From positions 1 to 24,242 of the IMG/VR virus record IMGVR_UViG_3300025803_001552: 24,242 bases of DNA, one strand, 5' to 3'. How positions within the stretch are numbered: position 1 is the stretch's first letter; each line of letters opens with the position of its first letter. A program made the translations under genes and the position numbers. The notes below the pieces were generated by a model, which had not been told where the DNA came from, did not search any database, and saw only the letters and a list, made by a program, of their open reading frames with translations. Positions 7,496-15,385 of this stretch are shown here, one piece after another. This DNA comes from a virus. Its lineage: Duplodnaviria; Caudoviricetes.

Positions 7496-8154
7496 TAGGA
7501 AGTCGCCACCCCGTACATTCGGACTTCTCCAGCGTCAATGTTTCCGCTGCTAAATTTAAAATCTATTTCGTCAATAGCCGACGTTGTGTTTATATAACCA
7601 GCAACATTGGATTCCATAGAGTAATTCGATGAATGATGGTTGCCTTGTACGCGAGAAACAAAGTGCTTGACGTAAGTGGTACTTGATGGCGCGTACAGCG
7701 TCAAAATCCCAGAACAACTCTCGTCGTTTTCATAGTCAAGGTTGTAGAACATATTTTGATAGGCAGTCCCTTGTGCTTGGTCGTGAGAAGCACTATAAGA
7801 AAGTGACGTATCAGTACCGGCTTCATTGTTATAAGCGATAAAGTGCGATGACGTTATAGTTTCGTTGAAGCCAGAGCCTCCAGAAGCATTTGCCTGAAAT
7901 TGCCAATGAACGTGCTGGGTGGCAGGGTGAATGTTTATAAAGTGAAACTCGTACACATCGTAAGTTGAGTCGATGCCAGAGGTGAACGACAGGGACGAAC
8001 TAGCACTCGCTGTCTGCGAACTGATGAACGTGTGAGCGTCACTAACGAGGGCAACATTCTGACCGTCTAGCGTTTGACCATCAGCAAAAGCGACTCCACC
8101 GAAACTAGCAAGAGTCGTTATATCAATGCCGTTGATTGTGGCAATATCAGGCAA
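7495..8154 (-). CDS. Tail-associated ~175-aa domain protein with a ~40-aa N-terminal extension, paralogue 1 of 3
   Basis: Same domain preceded by MPDIATINGIDITTLASFGGV... Confidence 0.8.
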   Translation of the reverse strand: MPDIATINGIDITTLASFGGVAFADGQTLDGQNVALVSDAHTFISSQTASASSSLSFTSGIDSTYDVYEFHFINIHPATQHVHWQFQANASGGSGFNETITSSHFIAYNNEAGTDTSLSYSASHDQAQGTAYQNMFYNLDYENDESCSGILTLYAPSSTTYVKHFVSRVQGNHHSSNYSMESNVAGYINTTSAIDEIDFKFSSGNIDAGEVRMYGVATS

Positions 8155-9154
8155 GAACTAACTCCGTCGTGTTGAAGTTGAAGTACACAGCGTCGGATGC
8201 CGTAGCAACGCCGACCTTTTGCACCGTGTCACCACTTCCGCTCGGAGCGGTACTCGTAACGTCACCGGCAGTCGTACTAATGAATATGTTGTCGCCAGCA
8301 GTAAACGACCAGCCTGTGAGTTTCATAATCCCTTGAATCATCACATCGACTGGGTTGGTGTCTGTGCTTGCGCTGGTGCAGATTCCTAACGCTGGCATCG
8401 TAGTGTCTGCGTCTGCGTCTGCGAGAAGCACCTTGCCACCCGTTCCCAAGTAAACCACGTCGCCGACAGCCAACGTCGTTCCAGCAGTAAACGAGAAGAT
8501 TACGCCGGTCGCATCACCGCTCGTACCTGGTGCGGTGTTCGAGAAATCAATCTTGCCATCTTCTGCGATAGTGACGGTTGTAAACGTACTGGCAGCGGGC
8601 GTCGTGCCACCAATAACTGTGTCATCAACAGTACCGCCATCAACGGTTAAAGCGTTCGAAATGTTGCCGTCACCCAAACTACCAGTGACGTCGGTCGATA
8701 GGTCTACGCTTGATTGAATAGCCAGAGAACCTAATCCCAAATTTGTGCGAGCATCGGCAGCGGTCGAAGCACCTGTCCCACCTTCGGAAATAGGCAGATC
8801 ACCAGTTACGTCAGTGGTGAGATCAATCGGTAAACTGACTGATGAACTTTCCAGCGAGTTCACCGCCGTGTTCAAATCGCTAACGCTTTTTGCAGTTATG
8901 TTCAGAGCGACAGATGCACCGGAAGAATGTATTGCGCCGGTTGTGCTTTGTTGAGCGCGAACCACCGTCAGAACGTCAACGACCCGATTCGTGCAGGACA
9001 TAATCTCGTCGTCGATTGAAATATGAAACGGGTACGCAGAAGGGAATTTTGCTCCCTCGCCCGATGCCACAGTTACCGAAGTTGCAACGTCTGAAATGTC
9101 CGCTGCAAGCGTCGAGACTGCGTTATTTTTTACTTGCAGAAATGTCGTGACCAT
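8147..9154 (-). CDS. Mosaic virion fibre/decoration protein
   Basis: N-terminal small beta domain (IDDEIM...LTVVRAQQSTTGAIH), central fibre motif LPISEGGTGASTAADARTNLGL, and a C-terminal cement/DUF2190-like segment (LAVGDVVYL...PALGI...VQKVGVA). Confidence 0.65.
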   Translation of the reverse strand: MVTTFLQVKNNAVSTLAADISDVATSVTVASGEGAKFPSAYPFHISIDDEIMSCTNRVVDVLTVVRAQQSTTGAIHSSGASVALNITAKSVSDLNTAVNSLESSSVSLPIDLTTDVTGDLPISEGGTGASTAADARTNLGLGSLAIQSSVDLSTDVTGSLGDGNISNALTVDGGTVDDTVIGGTTPAASTFTTVTIAEDGKIDFSNTAPGTSGDATGVIFSFTAGTTLAVGDVVYLGTGGKVLLADADADTTMPALGICTSASTDTNPVDVMIQGIMKLTGWSFTAGDNIFISTTAGDVTSTAPSGSGDTVQKVGVATASDAVYFNFNTTELVLA

Positions 9155-9163
9155 ATTGCCTCA

Positions 9164-9694
9164 CTATGCCAATATCGTTTCAATGCCTGGGATTGCGTAC
9201 ATTTCATCGACCACGGCGAGTTCAAGAACCGAACCAGCAGCCATCGTCCCCGATGTTGGAAATACTACTAAAGATGATATTGCATCCGTCGAACCCCAAC
9301 GACCGGAACTGACTTCAACTTTATTTTCGCCCGTTCCCGCCACACGCAGAACACTCTTGTGCGAGCGTGTAGATAAAGCGTCTGGAAATAGATATTCCTC
9401 ATTTGTCCACAGCGTCGCATCTAGAGTGCTAAAAACAAAAGAATCTTGGTCGATGTATTTGGCTGCGCTAGTGGAACTGGATGCGCCTGATAGATAGTTG
9501 CGGTGATAAATCGAGGTGCTGTCTGCGTTGATGCGAAGTTCCAGATCGACTGAGCCAGACCCTAAAACATTCAACCGAAGGAATAAATGGCGCGCTGTGA
9601 ACGGCAAGCCCGACGTGTCTACCGTGAGCGTTTCGCTAGATGAAGTATCGCTCAGTTCGATTCTGGATATGGTTCGTGTCGGGAGGCTTAGCAC
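9164..9694 (-). CDS. Minor tail protein following the tape measure
   Basis: 176 aa; 1-nt overlap with the TMP stop; resembles the N-terminal repeats of 3522..6080 (LRINADS..Y, HKSV, SGRWGSTDAISSL..G..AAGS). Confidence 0.7.
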   Translation of the reverse strand: MLSLPTRTISRIELSDTSSSETLTVDTSGLPFTARHLFLRLNVLGSGSVDLELRINADSTSIYHRNYLSGASSSTSAAKYIDQDSFVFSTLDATLWTNEEYLFPDALSTRSHKSVLRVAGTGENKVEVSSGRWGSTDAISSLVVFPTSGTMAAGSVLELAVVDEMYAIPGIETILA

Positions 9695-11661
9695 TACCTT
9701 ATTGCTCCAGCATCCCTGTTCTGCGTCTGTGCTTGTTCCACCTTGTCAGCAAAGTCCTCGAAGCCGTACACATCCCCGTTGACCACGTAGGTGTTGCCAA
9801 ACACGGCTTCCCGCTGCATTCCGTTTTCACCTCTTACAAAATGCGTAGGATTTTGGTTCATTTCTGGAAGCATGGGAGGCGCACCGCCAAGAACATGACC
9901 GCGAGCAGCCAAAATCATTTCACCGAGTTTCACGCCACGACCCTGATCGCTGTTCAACATATCTTCGAGCCGTTTGATTTCAGCCAACAACCCTTCTTCC
10001 GACGAAAGTCCGATGCCGAAATCACCTTGCGCTAATCGAGCGCGCGCCTCGTCGAGTTGGCGTTGCAAATCGTTCTGGTCGTCCTTAAATGCTCGCATTA
10101 CGTCAGCACCTATTACGCTGCCAGTCTGAATAACGTCTGGTAATCCCATCACCGCACGCTTGATCTCCTCGAACCGTTCACGCTCGCCCTTCTGTATTGC
10201 TTCTAGTGCATCCTCGCGCTGCTGTATAAGTTCCAACTCATCAGCAAGTGCTTCTTCTGCGATACGCTTGTTCTCCGCTGCTACCCTCGACCGAATCCGT
10301 ATCTGTTCGGCTGCGAAATCCTTGTTGGCGTTGACTATCGCCATTTCAGAGTCGATACGAGCATTGGCAGTATCAACTATCCGCTGCGCTTCTTCTTCCG
10401 CTGTGTTAGCTAACTGGGTAAAGCTGTTACCAACCATTTCGTTAGAGTCAATAACAGCGTCGTTGCTTTGTTCGATAACCTCCGCAGCTTCTTCAATAGA
10501 TTCTGTCAAGCGTGGTATTTCTATATCGGCTATTTTCTCAATCTCTACACCGAAAACCGAACCAAGCGTATTTATACCGTCGATGATTTTGTTAATGACC
10601 CACACCCACGTGTTTGCGTACATTTCGACCGCTTCAATGAGGTAATTGACCCCTTTGATAATTACACCCTCGAAATGATGCCAGTTTGCAATGACAACTC
10701 CAATGGCGAGGGTAATAGCAGTAAACGCGAGAAGAAGCGGGTTGGTGGTATATAACGCCATCATTGCAACACGCAATGCGCCTATTGCTGTTTGCGCCAA
10801 TCCAATACCGGTGATTATTGGAGGAAGTGCCAAACCAATCATTGCGAGTGCGCCAGCAAGACCACCAACGACAAGTATTACTGTCTTAGTTCCTGATGAC
10901 AGATTAGAAAATCTTTCTATCAAACTGTTTGCTATTTGCACGATTTTTTGAGCAGCGGGTAATAATTGCTGACCAAGTTCCGCAGCAGCATCTTCTAACT
11001 GCGCTTTCATAATCCTGGTCGAGTTTGCAAGTGAATCTGCGGTGCGTGTGAAATCGCCCTGCTGTGCCGTGGTTTGCGACAGAATCAACGAGTAACGGGC
11101 TTGCACCTTTTGGGCTTCTGTCAGTTGCGCGCCTTGTTCTGCGATGCCTTCTGCATACGCTTGTGCGTTCACTTCGGCAGCACTAAGCAAAACACCGACA
11201 GTACGCAGCGGTTCGACTTCACCGACTAAACCGGAGCGCAACTTCTCTAAAGCAACGTCGATCGGTATGTTGTTGAAGGACGCCATATCCGCAGCAAGTT
11301 TTACTAACTCAACGGACATTTCTGCCGATGCGCCTTCGGCTAGACCTGATGCGTTTAGGATTGTGCCGAGAGTACCAGCGTACTCATTCGCAGCGCGCTC
11401 ACTTATACCGAACGAAGCAGCGGACGCCTCACCAAATTCTTTGACAACACCGGAAGCGTTGCCAAACGTTACAGTAGCTTTGTTTATCGCTTCATCAAGA
11501 TCACTGGCGAATTTAACCGAAACAAGACCCACACCAGTCACAGCACCCGATACAGCTAGAAACGCTGTTCTCATGCTTTTAGCTTTTTTGCTTATGCTGT
11601 CTAACTGACTGGACGCTTTATCGTCCGCAGTTATAACAATCTTTGCTTCGTTAGCTGCCAC
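9694..11661 (-). CDS. Tape measure protein
   Basis: 655 aa, Ala-rich and helical; KIVITADDKAS start, LAADMASFNN...GEVEPLRTVGV...QGDFTRTADS core, central hydrophobic helices; follows the chaperone. Confidence 0.92.
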   Translation of the reverse strand: MAANEAKIVITADDKASSQLDSISKKAKSMRTAFLAVSGAVTGVGLVSVKFASDLDEAINKATVTFGNASGVVKEFGEASAASFGISERAANEYAGTLGTILNASGLAEGASAEMSVELVKLAADMASFNNIPIDVALEKLRSGLVGEVEPLRTVGVLLSAAEVNAQAYAEGIAEQGAQLTEAQKVQARYSLILSQTTAQQGDFTRTADSLANSTRIMKAQLEDAAAELGQQLLPAAQKIVQIANSLIERFSNLSSGTKTVILVVGGLAGALAMIGLALPPIITGIGLAQTAIGALRVAMMALYTTNPLLLAFTAITLAIGVVIANWHHFEGVIIKGVNYLIEAVEMYANTWVWVINKIIDGINTLGSVFGVEIEKIADIEIPRLTESIEEAAEVIEQSNDAVIDSNEMVGNSFTQLANTAEEEAQRIVDTANARIDSEMAIVNANKDFAAEQIRIRSRVAAENKRIAEEALADELELIQQREDALEAIQKGERERFEEIKRAVMGLPDVIQTGSVIGADVMRAFKDDQNDLQRQLDEARARLAQGDFGIGLSSEEGLLAEIKRLEDMLNSDQGRGVKLGEMILAARGHVLGGAPPMLPEMNQNPTHFVRGENGMQREAVFGNTYVVNGDVYGFEDFADKVEQAQTQNRDAGAIR

Positions 11662-11863
11662 TGTTGCCCTGCCTTGCGTATGCGCCTAGATCAGCACGTT
11701 TAGCGATTGCCAAATTCTCTATATCAGCTTCAAGAATCTCTGTTGGCAATTTTCCGTACCGCTGCGCTAGTTGGTCAACTGCCTCCGCTATAAGTATTTC
11801 ATTAGGGAGCGGGGCAGCGACTAGACCGACGCTTTTTGTTCGCTCGGCTGACTTTCTAAATTT
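11651..11863 (-). CDS. Frameshifted C-terminal segment of the tail assembly chaperone (gpT-like; not in the ORF track)
   Basis: The -1 frame from the A AAT TTA heptamer reads RKSAERTKSVGLVAAPLPNEILIAEAVDQLAQRYGKLPTEILEADIENLAIAKRADLGAYARQGNSGS*; its stop lies just inside the TMP start. Confidence 0.8.
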   Translation of the reverse strand, partial: KFRKSAERTKSVGLVAAPLPNEILIAEAVDQLAQRYGKLPTEILEADIENLAIAKRADLGAYARQGNSGS

Positions 11864-12177
11864 TTGTCACCGGCGATCGCCTGTGTCCATGCAGTAACGA
11901 TTGCGTTAAAAATGTCGCCTGGGAGCGTCACAGCACCATCGCCATTAGCGGGGATGTCGTTACCGTCCTCGTCAACAAGATTCCAGCTAACAATCAGATC
12001 ATCCCCGAACCGTCGCACCAATGCTTCCTGCTCTTTCATTCCTGATTCGTCCATGCCAGAAATTTGAAACAGAAACGACATTGGTGCGCTCGCAACTACA
12101 ACGACTTCACCGCCCTCATAGTCGCCAGTCAGTTCGAGTGTTTGGGTCTTTCTTTTGACCGTAAACTTCTTAGCCAT
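11821..12177 (-). CDS. Tail assembly chaperone (gpG-like)
   Basis: Between tail tube and TMP; IVSWNLVDEDGNDIP motif; GGAGGT RBS. Confidence 0.85.
   Translation of the reverse strand: MAKKFTVKRKTQTLELTGDYEGGEVVVVASAPMSFLFQISGMDESGMKEQEALVRRFGDDLIVSWNLVDEDGNDIPANGDGAVTLPGDIFNAIVTAWTQAIAGDKNLESQPSEQKASV
11857..11863 (-). other. Programmed -1 ribosomal frameshift slippery site AAATTTA
   Basis: Codons GAC AAA AAT TTA give an in-phase X XXY YYZ heptamer near the 3' end of the chaperone gene. Confidence 0.75.
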
Positions 12178-12216
12178 CTTTTACCTCCAAGCATTTGTCT
12201 GGCTATTTAGTTTCGA

Positions 12217-12621
12217 TTATGCCCAGGTTGGAACTGTCCCATCAGCCAGCGCACAAGGTACTGACCAGGTAAATTCACCTGTTGCAGATCGTGTCAGACT
12301 GTAGTCACCCAAGATCATTTCCATCGACAGTGATTGACCACTGATGGCGATGGTTACGGTTCGAGTTACTGACGTGCTGCTGATGTCTTTGAATACGGCG
12401 TGAGACTTGTTGGCAGCATCGTTATAAACACCGTTCAAAGTGAACGTTCCGTCTGCGAGAAGTTGCAGCCGTTCATTTGCTGACTTGTCTACACCGGTCA
12501 CGTTCTGCTCAGCGCGTGGCGTGTTGATGGTGAAGTCGGTCACATCGTTGCTAATGTCTCGAAGCGTCCCGCCGGAATCATCCACCGACACCGTTGCACC
12601 AAGACCACTTTCTTTAGCCAT
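12217..12621 (-). CDS. Major tail (tube) protein
   Basis: 134 aa with a tail-tube-type pattern (DISNDVTDFTINTPRAEQNVTG...DGTFTLNG); AGGAG RBS; position before the chaperone. Confidence 0.75.
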   Translation of the reverse strand: MAKESGLGATVSVDDSGGTLRDISNDVTDFTINTPRAEQNVTGVDKSANERLQLLADGTFTLNGVYNDAANKSHAVFKDISSTSVTRTVTIAISGQSLSMEMILGDYSLTRSATGEFTWSVPCALADGTVPTWA

Positions 12622-12629
12622 GATTTCTC

Positions 12630-13370
12630 CTAAATGTCGTTAGCCGTTCCACGGCGTACCGCAGCAGCTACAACCAAGTTAGTGAATGTCCCTGACGCTT
12701 CGATGCGCAGGGCTTTTTCCACGTTGCCAGCGACAGCAAGACGCTCGGCAGATCGTGCAGAGTTGATTGTGAAGGTTCCGATAGTATTCCAAGTACCATC
12801 GTCACCAGTTGTCGTGTCGCTCGAATCCTGCAACGTAATCGTTGGCGTTCCAGAATCAAGCGTGAAGATTTGCAGAAACGCAACCACCCCGTTGGTAGTT
12901 TGCGCGCCACCTGCGTCTATATATCCAGTCAGATCACCGGCTGATGCGATGGTCTCTTTCATCGCTATCGCCTCGCCCCACGCTGGCACGTTTCCGTCAG
13001 CCAACATCATTTGAGTTGAGCCGGTCAGCGTACCGTCTGCGCCACGAGTCCAGTCGTAATTCATTTGCTTTGCGTTGAACGCAAATGCTGGCTCGCCGCG
13101 AGTGGTAGATACGAGGAACATGCATTGTCGGTCAGTCGTTGGGAGCGTGCCAAGAGCGTCGTGAATCTGATCGGTGGCATCGTTAAAGAACGTGTCGAAT
13201 GTCAGTTCACCGTCAACCATCGTTTGAATGCGCTCAATTGCACTCTTGTCGATTCCGGTGACGTTCTGTTCACCCCGTGGTGTTCCCAGGCTGGACAATG
13301 CGCCGACGTCACCTGAGAGGTCGTATCCTCCAACATAAAGTTGATTGCCCAGACCACTTCGTTTTGTCAT
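12630..13370 (-). CDS. Second tail-tube paralogue with an extra C-terminal domain
   Basis: N-terminal ~135 aa align with 12217..12621 (SGLG, TPRxEQNVTGxDKSAxER, NDA, TRxAxG, LADGxVPxW), plus ~110 extra residues. Confidence 0.75.
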   Translation of the reverse strand: MTKRSGLGNQLYVGGYDLSGDVGALSSLGTPRGEQNVTGIDKSAIERIQTMVDGELTFDTFFNDATDQIHDALGTLPTTDRQCMFLVSTTRGEPAFAFNAKQMNYDWTRGADGTLTGSTQMMLADGNVPAWGEAIAMKETIASAGDLTGYIDAGGAQTTNGVVAFLQIFTLDSGTPTITLQDSSDTTTGDDGTWNTIGTFTINSARSAERLAVAGNVEKALRIEASGTFTNLVVAAAVRRGTANDI

Positions 13371-13816
13371 GGCGTTATCGTCTCCGCTTCAAGGTCGTGT
13401 ATAAGCAAATCGAAAGTAACGATTCGGTTGACCGCACCGCTGTTCCATTGGAAATAATCAACGGTCGCATCGTCCAAATCCAAGTCTGTCACCAAACTGT
13501 TGAGGTTGGAATCCCCTCTGAGTGCTGCCTTTACGTTCCTCACAGTATCCCATATTTCACCATCGACGTTCTTTTTGATGGTTGGGGATGCAATGACAGG
13601 GAAGTAGGCGCGAATTCTGATGCGCTCGGTGATCATTACGTTTCCAAGCGTCTTGGCTCCAGCAACATACGGTTCATCGCCCACGTACCAAAACGCAATG
13701 ACCGGCTTGCTTGGAACCTGCACCGGTTCCCCAACGTAGAACGCTTGAAAGCTAGGGGTTGAAACCGTTTTCAGTAGAGCGTCTATGCGTGCAATAACTG
13801 CGCTTCGATCAGCCAT
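13367..13816 (-). CDS. Putative tail terminator/completion protein
   Basis: 149 aa; position upstream of the tail tube; ALRGDSNLNSLV segment. Confidence 0.6.
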   Translation of the reverse strand: MADRSAVIARIDALLKTVSTPSFQAFYVGEPVQVPSKPVIAFWYVGDEPYVAGAKTLGNVMITERIRIRAYFPVIASPTIKKNVDGEIWDTVRNVKAALRGDSNLNSLVTDLDLDDATVDYFQWNSGAVNRIVTFDLLIHDLEAETITP

Positions 13817-14180
13817 TCAATCGCTCCGCTATTTTCTCACGTAGCTTCTTGCCCAAGCCCATTCGGTTTATACGCTGTGAGGTGTTGGCGAACATGTTGT
13901 ATAGACCTTCGATAAAGTTGGCGTATATGACGTTGGAGCCTTGCGTAACCTCACCGGCGTCGATGACGGCGTTGAGTGCGTCGATGCGGGTTCCTGTGAC
14001 AGATTCCCGCAGGTAGCCGGTCACCACACCATGCCCAGGGTACAACTGCGACTTCACATCGGCTTCACCGCTTAGAGCAGTAGAGTCGAGAAGGTCAGCA
14101 ATTTCCTCGGCGATGATCTTTTCCACTTCTCTGGATGACCAAATAACGCCACTGAATTCAACGTCAGTCTTGTTGACCAT
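13809..14180 (-). CDS. Neck/tail-completion protein (HK97 gp10-like)
   Basis: VVTGYLRESV...NVIYANFIEG motif and position. Confidence 0.65.
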   Translation of the reverse strand: MVNKTDVEFSGVIWSSREVEKIIAEEIADLLDSTALSGEADVKSQLYPGHGVVTGYLRESVTGTRIDALNAVIDAGEVTQGSNVIYANFIEGLYNMFANTSQRINRMGLGKKLREKIAERLNG

Positions 14181-15098
14181 CTAGAAATACATTCCTGCGA
14201 GATCACGGGTTTGCTTGTAGTTATCCAAGCCCCTAAGAATGGCTCGCACTTCTGCACCTGGTCTGGCGATAGTTGCGCCACCTGCGCCAATGATTGCCGT
14301 TGTGCCAGCCTCACGGCTGCGCCATCGGTCACGTGCAATTGCCAGACACGCTTCGACTACGTCAGCAGGGTAGAGATATGTATAAATGTTTGCGTCGTCT
14401 GCGTGCGTGGCTGCTGTCGTGCCATTTACGCCACGGAATACAGTCAGGTTGGTTCCGTTTTTTGCACGCACGTACATTTGCTCGGAGTCAATAAGGATGG
14501 TGTCGCCTGGGTAAATACCAGCATCGGCGTTCGTTTTTATAACCGTTGTTGCCGTGGCGTTGATCGAACCGTTCAACGTATCCCCGTTAAGTACCTCGTC
14601 TTGCCAGCCCCATGAGCCAAGAATCGTTAGGGTCTTTTGCCCTTGTGAAAGATTGTTCGTCGTATCGTCTGAAAGTTTTAGCGTGTGGTACGGGGCTTGT
14701 GGGTACGGTTCCAGAATATAGTCGTTGGTCAGTCCTTCGGTGAGAACTGTGCTGGAGTTTCGCACCGTTGCATCATATGCGGTTACGGTAGTCGGAATTG
14801 CGGTCAGCCAATCGTCGAGCGGTACAACGCCTAGAACGGGGTCAGTCGGCAAAATCCTGTGACTGTCTCTTGGTAGTTCAGACCGGTTGCGCAGTTCGCC
14901 AATGCCGAGGTCGTATTCGCGTGTTGATATGTACGGCGCAAAAGATCGGTCGCCTACATACGCTTCGATTGTGCGGGATGCGCTTTCGAGAATGGTACGA
15001 ATGACGGTTATATCATCAGCCCAGTTATCAGCGTAGGTGTCACCCGCCAAGTAGTCCTTGAACAGATCAACGCTTGCATATACGTGTTTTGATCGCAT
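14181..15098 (-). CDS. Head-tail connector/adaptor with an inserted domain
   Basis: YASVDLFKDYL...ILESASRTIEAYVGDRSF at the N-terminus; GSWGW and PADVVEACLAIA near the C-terminus, separated by an insertion. Confidence 0.75.
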   Translation of the reverse strand: MRSKHVYASVDLFKDYLAGDTYADNWADDITVIRTILESASRTIEAYVGDRSFAPYISTREYDLGIGELRNRSELPRDSHRILPTDPVLGVVPLDDWLTAIPTTVTAYDATVRNSSTVLTEGLTNDYILEPYPQAPYHTLKLSDDTTNNLSQGQKTLTILGSWGWQDEVLNGDTLNGSINATATTVIKTNADAGIYPGDTILIDSEQMYVRAKNGTNLTVFRGVNGTTAATHADDANIYTYLYPADVVEACLAIARDRWRSREAGTTAIIGAGGATIARPGAEVRAILRGLDNYKQTRDLAGMYF

Positions 15099-15135
15099 CT
15101 GTTACGCCTCTCCGTTCAAGGCTACTCAGTTCGGG

Positions 15136-15306
15136 CTATTCGCTAACTTCTTCGACCAAGTCAGACTCGGCGACGAATTCATTTGGGTAAGTTTCGAGGA
15201 TGGATACAGGAACCTTGTACTTCTTGCCCCGAATGTAGCGGTCGTCTGCGATTTGGCGACTCTTTACGCAAACCACAACGACCGTCTTTGTTTTGGCTAC
15301 TGCCAT
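15136..15306 (-). CDS. Small hypothetical protein after the capsid gene (56 aa; not in the ORF track)
   Basis: MAVAKTKTVVVVCVKSRQIADDRYIRGKKYKVPVSILETYPNEFVAESDLVEEVSE*; GAGG RBS; fills the intergenic gap. Confidence 0.75.
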   Translation of the reverse strand: MAVAKTKTVVVVCVKSRQIADDRYIRGKKYKVPVSILETYPNEFVAESDLVEEVSE

Positions 15307-15328
15307 TTTTGTCCTCTTGCTCTGCTGT

Positions 15329-15354
15329 GGGGAGCGAGCCGAAACCCGCTCCCC
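15329..15354. terminator. GC-rich hairpin downstream of the capsid gene
   Basis: Minus strand GGGGAGCGGGT-TTCG-GCTCGCTCCCC (11 bp with two G-U pairs). No U-tract on the minus strand; a T-rich tail follows on the plus strand. Confidence 0.6.
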
Positions 15355-15385
15355 TTTATTGTTTTAGTTCACGCAGTTATTGCGT

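Larger units (their letters stand above)
6423..8154 (-). repeat. Tandem triplication of a ~535-bp gene unit
   Basis: Three collinear paralogous ORFs; high protein similarity with heavy synonymous divergence. Confidence 0.9.

Noticed and set aside
6423-8154. Diversity-generating retroelement (TR/VR) explanation for the triplet
   Set aside because: In the segment compared, differences are synonymous third-position changes of all base types rather than adenine-specific, and no reverse transcriptase is in the window.
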